Shown: piece after piece, positions 49,301-58,199 of the stretch
Position numbering within the stretch: the first letter of the stretch is position 1
Layout: each line of letters starts with the position of its first letter
NCBI GenBank assembly: GCA_043228905.1
Contig: JBHGNT010000014.1
Location: forward strand, 4,216,001 to 4,280,000
DNA length: 64,000 nucleotides
Direction: 5' to 3'
Source of the DNA: Azolla caroliniana
Taxonomy: Eukaryota > Plantae > Polypodiophyta
The notes under the pieces: generated by a model
The model's database searches: none
Told to the model about the DNA's origin: nothing
What the model saw: only the letters and a program-made list of their open reading frames with translations
Made by a program: the position numbers and the translations under genes

Positions 49301-50436
49301 ATTGCATCAAAAAACTATTTGCCTTTGCAACAGTAAACTGAAAACCGAAATTGTCTACTCAATTATTAGTTGGAAATTTACATAAAAAATGTAGATAGAT
49401 GAAACAAGATGGCAGGATTATGTCGTTCATAGTTGTATATAAAGTCTATTGTTCTTGGTTTATGTAAAGAACACATTAGGCATGAATGAATAACTGAAAA
49501 AGGATTTTATCTTAAAATTTGAAGGATTAAAATATGTTTCTTGGACTTTGACATGCTGACGAAGAATTTTCACATGTAACAGAAAGCCATAGAAACTCTC
49601 ATTCAAAATGAACAAAGATAGACTAAGCAAGACAACCATTGAAAGAACGCATTAGACATAAATGAAAAACTGAAAAAAGGTTTTATCCTAAAATTTGAAG
49701 GATTAAAAGATGTTTCTTGCACTATTGACATGATGATAAAGAATTCACTTCTAAGAGAAAGCCATAGAAACACTCATTCAAAATGAACAATGATAGACTA
49801 AGCAAGACAACCATTGGTTAGCAATGACAGCATAAATAAAAATGAAATTGAAAGCTCAATAACCATTACAAGGTTGGTTTGAATTATATCTGTGTGACCA
49901 TTGGGTAAAAACTGCGCTTCACACTCGTTTTTATGAATGTATATACAAAACCATTATTTCCTGCATTTATCATGCTCAATATGGGTGTGCATGATATTCA
50001 CCTCATCTTCTCATACTTACACATGGCTAGGATTATCGAGGTTACCTTGGGGAGAAAGGCGATTGAAAAGCGTGTTGTTTCTCAAGATCTCGAGTTATGG
50101 TTATCGAACGTAAGCATTACATATTTTTGCAACTGTTACCTCTAAATGAGGTAAATGCATATATCGAGTCTATTTTTCATTATGAGCTCCAACTTTGATA
50201 ACAGGCTCCTGGAGAACATGGAAGTTTCACTCTCTTAGCACGAGCTGGTCGTCAGGTTTGCGTTAAATTCAATATATGTTTTTGCAGTCCATAGGGCCTC
50301 TGGAAATCGCATCTTGGAATCATAAAATAACCTTTAAATTGTTATTGTAAAGGTACAAGAGGTTCAAGTAAAGACCACACTTGATAAAGAAGGTATGAAA
50401 GCAGCTGTACAACAAGTAACTGGAAGGGTTCCGTAG
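43094..50436 (+). CDS. SRRP1: S1-domain RNA-binding protein, probably plastid-targeted (SRRP1/At3g23700-like), 10 exons, ~389 aa
   Basis: Exons 43094-43363, 46247-46406, 47787-47845, 47920-48079, 48510-48630, 48814-48895, 49034-49137, 50031-50109, 50205-50255, 50353-50436; all GT-AG and phase-consistent (1170 nt). Two S1 domains (NNGGLIVRFGSIAGFLPFSQ; DFGAFVDLRFPDG..TGLVHVSELSWD) and the family C-terminus EKRVVSQDLELWLSN..FTLLARAGRQVQE..RVP*. Start codon and exon 1 are less certain. Confidence 0.9.
43950..45750 (+). mobile_element. Possible very old LINE remnant in intron 1
   Basis: Purine-rich coding-like composition, with an endonuclease-like IWSCRLDLFF fragment near 45700; no long ORF. 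Confidence 0.3.
46247..46406 (+). CDS. SRRP1: SRRP1-like exon 2
   Basis: TAG|AGA; RDEDWEKVLRLQESG..GFLPFSQIGSNRSPE; G|GTTGGT. Confidence 0.85.
47787..47845 (+). CDS. SRRP1: SRRP1-like exon 3
   Basis: CTGCAG|..GKTIADVGKRLIGQTLLVK|GTAAGT. Confidence 0.9.
47920..48079 (+). CDS. SRRP1: SRRP1-like exon 4
   Basis: VIEASKDEKRLVVSEKKAIW..GDVFEGKV..DFGAFVDLRFPD. Confidence 0.92.
48510..48630 (+). CDS. SRRP1: SRRP1-like exon 5
   Basis: SYPVTGLVHVSELSWDRIYDPRDVVQEGQSVQVKVTGID. Confidence 0.92.
48814..48895 (+). CDS. SRRP1: SRRP1-like exon 6
   Basis: DRMRLALSIKQLQTDPLLETLDTLMPQ. Confidence 0.92.
49034..49137 (+). CDS. SRRP1: SRRP1-like exon 7
   Basis: EDLIDG..ESLPGLDEICQELLQED. Confidence 0.88.
49492..49816. 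repeat. Diverged ~175-bp tandem duplication in intron 7
   Basis: 49492-49641 vs 49668-49816 share AAAATTTGAAGGATTAAAA and AGAAAGCCATAGAAAC..CATTCAAAATGAACAA..GATAGACTAAGCAAGACAACCATTG. Confidence 0.85.
50031..50109 (+). CDS. SRRP1: SRRP1-like exon 8
   Basis: IIEVTLGRKAIEKRVVSQDLELWLSN. Confidence 0.92.
50205..50255 (+). CDS. SRRP1: SRRP1-like exon 9
   Basis: APGEHGSFTLLARAGRQ. Confidence 0.92.
50353..50436 (+). CDS. SRRP1: SRRP1-like exon 10
   Basis: VQEVQVKTTLDKEGMKAAVQQVTGRVP*. Confidence 0.92.
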   Translation, partial: VQEVQVKTTLDKEGMKAAVQQVTGRVP

Positions 50437-50691
50437 CCAATGCGAGTGGCACAACCCTTAGAAACTTGAATAATTAACTCATGACAACCCTAACCTCATC
50501 ACCAAGCTCAATTGAGAGAAACTGGGCCTTGTGTTTGTTTGTATTATCAATATTCTACATATACACATTGTCAAGTTGTTTATAAATTTATTTTCCCCCC
50601 TAGTGAAAAGTAAGTACTCAACAATATAGAGCACAACTCAACATCAAATTACCACCCAAAAAGGAAATGTATGTTACATAATCGCATTACC

Positions 50692-52080
50692 TGTAGGACC
50701 TAATTGGAAATTACATCTTGAAAGATAATGTCAAAGAATACAAATGTACGATTAAAAAAAGGTTGAACTAAATTTCACATTACTACAAAAGATGAAACAT
50801 ATATTAACACTTTCAAGATGGTGAAATACCCTATGGCACCAAATGTAAGGGTGTAATAAGTAGTAGGCATGGTGGTGTGTGTGAAAATCGGAGGAGAGGG
50901 ATTTAAGGCCCCATCAATCTCTCCTAAAATCAAGGCAAATATCCCTCTTTGAAAAGAGTAGAATATTTGGCCACTCATTTTGTAATAACCTCACCCTTTT
51001 CCACTATAAAAGGGGATGAGGAGGCACCATTGAGAGGTCGCCATTTTGTCGTTTTGAGGTAGATCGTTAGGGTTTCTTTTCTTCTTCTTCATCTTATCCT
51101 TATTTCGTTTTAGGGTTTTGGTTCTAGGTTCCCCTTTCTATCATTTTCTTTTCTCTTGATTAGGGTTTAGTTCTTCTTCGTATTCGGTTCGATTTTCTTC
51201 TAGTTGTGCTTGAGTCCGGCCTATATGGCCGTGATTGTAAATCATATCGTGGCTTTCATGCCTTATAATGGAGTTTGTTTGATGAACCTTGTCTTGGTCT
51301 AGTTCTTGTCGTGTTAATCCCTCGCACAGTATGCTTCCCCCTTTGTGCTCGGAAGCTCGTAAAGGTTAAGCTCCCATTCCCACTCTTTTACTCTCGAGTC
51401 CAATACCTCTGTGGTCCTGCCCAAGCCGACACGCATGCACGGATTTCCGTGACATCTTTGATGAACTTGATGTGAACGGACGGCAAGGGAGGACGAGGAT
51501 GGAAGGAAAGACTTCACGGAAGTAATGGCGAGGATAGTAATAGATTTCGTAAGGAGAAAAGAAAGACGAGATGCGGCTCAATAAGCCATCAAGAGCGTGG
51601 TCAAACGAGTTGGCCGTTTCAACGGGGACGAGGTTCCAAATTTTTTGAGAGCTTAAAATGCCGAGATGACGAAGGGGGGCGTGGACAAAGCAACAAGGCT
51701 ATAGTATTTTTGCTGGGTGGTGGCCATATTGATACACAAAGAGGTCCAAGAGCTTCGAGAAGCTCATGAGTCATGGGAGTCCTTTGAGGAAGCTCTATTG
51801 GAGGAATGCAGGTATGAGAGACCGAAGGGGAGAGGTCGGTGCGAGTTCAACCAATGGCGAAGACCCACCAAAGTGCAATGCAAGCATTCTTAGAGTTCGA
51901 GCGTCGTTTTGCATAACTCTCAGAGCCGGATCAAATATTGGTGGGGGTGGATAAGGTCCTATTATTCGTGAAGTTGATCAACTGGAAGGAAAGGATGGCC
52001 ATTGGACTTGAACTCAAAGACGATGATGGAGCAAATGGCCTCACGGAGGATTGGACTGAAGTGGAGAGGGTATGTCGGTG
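50692..52080 (+). mobile_element. Gypsy-type element of the tRNA-Trp lineage: LTR 50692-51454, decayed PBS 51459-51477, gag remnant
   Basis: TGTAGG...GTGACA with TATAAAA at 51005; PBS TGATGAACTTGATGTGAA; gag GRFNGDEVPNFLRA..HESWESFEEALLEE. Confidence 0.7.
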
Positions 52081-53040
52081 AGTGCGACTTGCAATTGCTT
52101 GTCCTCGAATTCCTGTAGTAATTTTTTGATTGCCTCGCTATGGGTCTGGGTGAGAGAGGCGATTTGCTTTCTCAGGTCTTCTTGGAGCATTTGGACGCTG
52201 CTTTTGTCCAACTTGAAAAATCCATGACCCTCTTTTTGTCGATTGTCGTGGTCGGTCCAAAAAATTTGCAATTCGGTTGCTTGTGCCGACCACGTGTTCC
52301 AGCCTTTGGAGAGGGCATCGGTAACTAAGGAGTACAATCATTGCCGGTGTTTGAAGATTAGAGCTTTAATTCGTGTTTTGTCCATCTCACTCTTCACTCA
52401 GCATTCCTGCAAGTCTCTTTCAAATCTGGTGTGTTGAGCGTACATCTCCTCCATTTGAGCTCACATTGCATTGACTTGGACGGTGTAGTAAGCATGTTCA
52501 ACCTTGAGTTGGTGTGCTAGCTCATGCTCTGCTTGTTCGATGGTGTGGAGTTCCTGACGATACCTTGCCATTTTGTCACGTTGTAGCCGATCATGGATTC
52601 AGAGGTCGAGCAACTACTGGTGAAATTTGTTGAATTTGGCCACCAATATGTCGTTCTCTGTCTCTAGTTTCTCGTATCTCTTCTGGGCATCCTGGAGGGC
52701 CTCCTTATGAGCGACGATTGTATCTTGCAGCGATTGTTGAAAGACGACTTCAACTATCTTTATGGCACCTGCCATTCAGTCGGTGTGAGCCCGCAAGATT
52801 GTGGTATGCTCTTCCTCTTTAGCATGCAGGGCCTGTTCCGTATTTTGTTGTTGCTTGTTTAGGCGTTCTGCTGCCTATGCCTCCTATGCTTCAGGGCTTT
52901 GGTGAACTGCCTCTTTTGCTTGCAAGGTTGTGTTGAATTGTGTTTGCAATTCAACCTCTCGATGTTGAGTTGTTTGGAGGGTTGTGTCGGGATCGTAATC
53001 GGCCACAACCAGTTCCTCGTATGTATGGACAAATTTGTGA
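52080..53040 (-). pseudogene. Fragment of a coiled-coil extra-ORF protein homologous to 58429-59154
   Basis: Ungapped similarity: GWNTWSAQATELQIFWTDHDNRQKEGHGFFKLDK vs WWSKWAKHAAKLQLPRADAKNWQMEGDEFYKLEK. Confidence 0.7.
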
Positions 53041-54346
53041 ACGTCCTCCCCGGTCCAAGACCCCGGTGGTCCCGCTCAAGCAAAGCACGATTGCGCATGA
53101 ATATTCGTGACATCATTTGGTGAACCCGACAAGAAGAAAGGTAGGGGAGGATGAAGCTGGACGAAGAATATCTCATGGAGGCAATGTCAAAGACGATGAT
53201 AGAATTTTCAAGAAAAGGGAAAAGACGAGATGCGACCCAACAAGCCATCGAGAGTGTGCTCAGTGAGTCGGATGATTCCATGGGGGTGAAGTGCAAAATT
53301 TTGTAAAGGCCTACAATGCCGAGATGGATTCGAGAGATGTGAACGAAGCAATGAGGCTGGAGTACTTTTCTCAAGTGGTGGCCGAACCAATCTACGAAGA
53401 GATGAAAGAGCGTCAAAAAGCTCATGATTCATGGGTGTCCTTCGAAGAAGATTTACGAGAGGCATATGGTTATGAAGAGTCGAAGGGATGAGGTCTATAC
53501 GACGAAGATCCACCAGAGTGCTATGCATGCATTCGTTGAGTTTGAGTGTCACTTTGCTCAACTCTTGGAGTAGGATCAAGGATTGGTGGGGGCGAATATA
53601 GTCTTAATGTTTGTAAAGTCGATTGATTGGAATGAAAGGAAGGCCATTGGAGTCCAACTCGAGGATGGCGATGGTGCGACTGACCTCACCAAAAATTGGG
53701 CCGAAGTGAAAAGGGTATGCCAACGACATGTCAAGAGGAAGATGGGAATCTTGTCGACAATGTCACTGTCCATGAGGGACAATCAAAGGAGGATAAGATG
53801 TGGCAACACGCCACCACCGAAGGAAGAGAGCTCAAAGAGGGCAAATTCGATGACACTCAACATAGAAGCCTTAATGAGAGAAGCATTTGAGAATATAAAG
53901 GTGCACGTCGAGGTTAAAGATAAGCTTAAATTGGAGCCAAATTTGAGGCAAATGATGATCGACAAAGAAGAGACCTCCCAAAAAACGGGGATTAATGATG
54001 CGATTGATATGACGGCCAAGGTTCGGTGCGATAGTATGACGGGAGAAGGTGTGGAACACTCCATCTTCTCATCTTGTGGAGAAACGATGGCCAAGGATGA
54101 GGCCGATGACTCGAGGATGGTGAATGCCACTTCAAGGGAGGACGAATATTTCAGAGGAGATCGACCAAAGGCGTACGGAATCCTCTACACTTGTTCCAGA
54201 GCTTTGTGCAATTGCGTCTGAGAAACAACGTGACATCCAAGAGACGGAAGGTAGCGACGAGGAAGCGAAGATGGGAGGTGATGCACGTGACAGGACATAG
54301 CCATGGACAACGACATTGAGTCGAAGGAGTTAGAGGTGGCTATGAA
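53041..54346 (+). mobile_element. Second tRNA-Trp-lineage copy: LTR 3' remnant (ends 53112), PBS 53118-53130, gag remnant
   Basis: ...GTGACA-TCATT-TGGTGAACCCGAC; gag QNFVKAYNAEMDSR..HDSWVSFEEDL; paralogous to 51480-52080. Confidence 0.75.
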
Positions 54347-55122
54347 TGTTGGGAAATAAGTCCCTTTGGATGGGAAGAGAAGAACCGATTTGGTGAGTAA
54401 CTCGGCCGAGGCCGAAACCGAAATTGAGGACATAAGGGTAATTCGACCGATGCCGAAATCAAAATCAAAATCAACATTGAAATCGAAATCGATTTGGAAG
54501 ACTATAATTGTAAATAGTCTAAAATGCCTCTTGGGGGCTATACTTGTAAATAGCTAGAAAGTTTCTTTTGTTTATAAGCAACTAGGGAAAACTTTAGTAA
54601 ACAGTAGTTGATCATTATTGAAAAGTTAGAACAAGGTAGTTGCCTCTGTAACCGTGAGTGAGAGAGTGGGAGTGTAACTCTGTAGCTGTTTGTCAGACGA
54701 AGGAGAACTTGAGGTTGTTGCCTCCAAGTTCTGTATTTGTCATTCCTCTTTACGATAGTGATATGTTTTCTCCGGGTTTGTGGACCCCCGTGGTTTTTTC
54801 CCATTCCGGGTTTTGCACGTAAAATATCGGGGTCTCTATGTCTTCACGTTTTTTTGTCTGTGTACTAGTTCTTGGTTTCTGCACATGAATACGAATGTGT
54901 AATCGGTTGTGGCCGGTCAATTCCTAACAAAGTGGTATCAGAGTGATGGAAGACTCATTCGGCGGCATGTTTAAGCTAACCGATGCCAACTAATTAGTGT
55001 GGAAGTCGAAGATGAGAGATATGCTCGTGTGCAAAAACCTTTGGCTGCCGATGTAGTTCGGAGATAAAAGACCAGAAAAGATCGATGCAGCGACTTGGGA
55101 AGTGTTGCATCTGAAGGCGGCC
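54347..55122 (+). mobile_element. Copia family C 5' end: LTR 54347-54929, iMet PBS 54933-54943, start of gag
   Basis: TGTTGGGAAATAAGTCCCT...TTCCTAACA-AAG-TGGTATCAGAG; MEDSFGGMFKLT..VWKSKMRDML. Confidence 0.87.
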
Positions 55123-57367
55123 TTGTCTCATCGCCGACAAGGTTTAACTCATTCTCCTCGGTAATGAGCATTAGTTCCTCTTCACTTGTCGCGATTGCCG
55201 ACATTCCCTTCCGATCCGACCCTTTCCGGTCCGAACCCTTCTTTGAATCGGTAGTGTTGGTTTCTTTCTCTTTCCGAAAATGCTGATAGTTCTTTTAGAA
55301 GTATCCCAGATTCCTGCAATAAAAGCAAGTAGGCCTCCCCCTTGACTTCGACCTCGTCCCTGACTTGTCCCGATTTTGGGGACACTGATACCTGCCTCTT
55401 CCCCGATTGTGATCATCTTCCGTGACCAAGGCTTTCAGATCAGTTCCGAACTCCTGGTCCTTCCGGCGAGCTTCTTCATCTAGAAAACTTGACTTTACCC
55501 TTGCTAGGGACAACTGTTTTCCTTCCGGTTGGTGTTGCCCAACATGACAACTAACGTCTCCTAGCTATTCGGGAGGGAACCGAGCAGGAGCACTGTGAGT
55601 ACCTCATCGGCGAGAGGTACTTACAATGAGGTTGCTGTTGGGAGACAGGTCCCTCCGGATGGGAAGGGAGAAGAACAGTGTTGATGAGCAAACTCGGCCG
55701 AGGGTGATAGGCCGAGACCAAAACCGGATGAGGAGTACCCGGCTACGGAGAGCCGGATGGTGCAGACCCGGTGAGAACCAGATGAGGAGTACCCGGCTAC
55801 GGAGAGCCGGATGGTGCAGATCCGGTGAGCACCGGATGAGGAGTACCCAACTACGGAGAGCCGGATGGTGCAGACCCGGTGAGAACTGGATGAGGAGTAC
55901 CCGGCTACGGAGAGCCGGATGGTGCAGACCCGATGAGAACCGGATGAGGAGTACCCGACTACGGAGAGCCGGATGGTGAAGACCCGGTGAGGAGTGCTCA
56001 CCGGATGAAGAGACATATTCGTAAATATGTTTCTGAGAGTCCATCGAGGCTATATTTGTAAATAGCCGAAAAGTCGTATTAGTATAAATATGACTTAGGG
56101 CAAACTTTTATGTAATAGTTGTTGGCGTTCTTGTTGGCGTGAGAGATTAGAGCGCGTAACTGTGTACAGAGAGAGAGAGAGAGGAAGAGGTCGTTGCCTC
56201 TGTTGTAACCGCCGCCTGTGGCGAAGATAGAAAGCTCGAGGTTGTTGCCTCGGTGCTTTACTGTTGTACACTGTAACATAGTGATAGTTTGCAGCCTGTG
56301 GGCTGCCGTGGTTTTTCCCTAGTTTGGGTTTTCCACGTAAACATCTTGTGTACTCTTCTCTTCATTGTGTCGTGCATTCATTCCTGTTTTTTGTGTATGA
56401 TTCTAAGCTCGGTTGTGGCTGAGTGTTGCGCATAAGGAACGTGTAGTTCTCGTCAGTTGCTTGGTGTATTAGCCCCTGGAAGACATTCATGTGCTCCGCC
56501 ATACTGGAGCCGTCTTGGTTCCGGAGCCTCACTAGCTTCTAGAATACCGAAACTTGATTAACGACATTCTTGTTTTGGAACATGATGTTGATCTTCTCCT
56601 AGAGTTCATGAGCCTTGCTCTCTTCGTTGAAGTTATTGTATAGGCTCATGTCGATGAAGCACGGGATGTATGCCATTGTCTTCATGTGCATCACCTCCCA
56701 CACTATGGCGTCGATCTTATCCGGTCTCTTGTCCCCAAACTGAACCGGCAATCAAAGATCTTTAACCACCAACACATCCCTCATCTTCGACTTCCACACT
56801 GAGTAGTTAAAGCCGGTGAGCTTGAACATGCCCCCGAACGATCTTCCATTCCCTATGTTGTTCGCTCTGATACTAGATTGAAAGAATAGCGGAATATTGC
56901 TCGGCCACAACCAAGGCTTGAATCACTTCTATAAGAAGCAAACACAGAAATGGGAAGTAGGCAGTGAATGCACGTACACACACAAACAACGATAGAGAAT
57001 ACACAGGATGTTTACGTGGAAAACCCTAATAGGGAAAAACCACGGGAGCCCACAAACTCAAAACTATCACTATATATGAAAGGTACAATCAGAGATTCGG
57101 AGGCAACGACCTCGAGCTCTGTATCTTCGCCAGCCGGCGGTTACAACAGAGTATCGCTCTATCTCTCTCTCTCTCTCTCTCTTTACAACAGTTATGCACA
57201 TACAACAATATGACAACTCTCTAAAAGTGATTGCCCTAAGTCATATTTATACTTATATGAACTTAGGGCTATTTACAAATATAGCCTCAATAGGCTTCCA
57301 TCCGATCCGGTTTCCCGATCTCTTCATTCATAACTGGATCCCATATGGAGGGACTGATTTCTCAACA
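55123..57367 (-). mobile_element. Copia family C 5' portion: LTR 56879-57367, mutated PBS 56863-56875, gag remnant
   Basis: TGTTGAGAAATCAGTCCCTCC...CTTTCA-ATC-TAGTATCAGAGCG; FKLTGFNYSVWKSKMRDV; TCFYCRNLG. Confidence 0.85.
55636..56455 (+). mobile_element. Solo LTR (copia family C) with TSD GTTGC and five 54-bp repeats
   Basis: TGTTGGGAGACAGGTCCC...CGTCA; GTTGC at 55631-55635 and 56456-56460; paralog of 4053-4717. Confidence 0.93.
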
Positions 57368-57520
57368 GGTACCGCCCAAGCCAACACGCACACACAGATT
57401 TTTGCGACAACGTGATCCCGGTGCTACTAAGGGAGAACATGAATTCCCCCTCTTTTATTCCCTAGTCCAAGACCCCCATGGTCCCGCCCAAGCCGACACG
57501 TATGCACGGATTTCCGCGAC

Positions 57521-57742
57521 ATCGCGATCCCGGTGCTTCTAAGGGAGAACGCGAAGCTTGATGTCGATTGATGATCTGTGGCATTTCCGGCCCAATGAAG
57601 ATTCGTATAGCCCACTAACTGTTTAGCTATGCCGTGCCGATACAACAACCCATGATCCTTCATGCCACCGATGTATCAGAAATCCGATGCGCGCACTAAA
57701 GGTGCTTGGTTGTCGGCTTCTACATGAATTGGCTGTTACTCC
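57521..57742 (-). pseudogene. Copia RT/RNase H junction fragment
   Basis: KDHGLLYRHGIAKQLVGYT..WAGNATDHQSTSSFAFSL. Confidence 0.8.
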
Positions 57743-58199
57743 TAGGGCTGGACAATAGCCTAACACAGGGTGTCTACGGAAGACACTTCACCAAAGGGTG
57801 TCACGACGAGGTAACTTAGACTAACGATTGATCAGACCTTTATCGGCTACTTAAGAAACATATCATGAATCTTAATACACGCGTAAGATAGAAAGTAACT
57901 AGCACAGAACGGTAATCAATACACAGAGATAAGACAATAGAGCTTTATTAATTATCCGTTGTGATTTACAATGTAACTGGGCCTTTTTATAGATCACCGT
58001 CTCTGCATACAAAACGGTGCCAATTGGCACATTGATATGAATCGGTCCGGATCCGGATCAGCATACCGATTCCGGTCCGTCCGTTCACTTCTCAAAATAT
58101 ACTTAATAACGTGATATTCTAATAACAACTTCCGATAATTCCTGCCCTTTCACAGTCTGGATTGTCCTCCACTCCTTGCCGGCTGGCTAACACATGGCA

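Noticed and set aside
51067-51170. TTAGGGTTT motifs as interstitial telomere
   Set aside because: Isolated telo-box-like copies, not tandem arrays; common in plant promoters and LTRs.
55722-55995. Regular 54-bp repeats as a CRISPR array
   Set aside because: Units are contiguous with no unique spacers, sit inside a TSD-flanked LTR, and no cas genes are present; context is eukaryotic.
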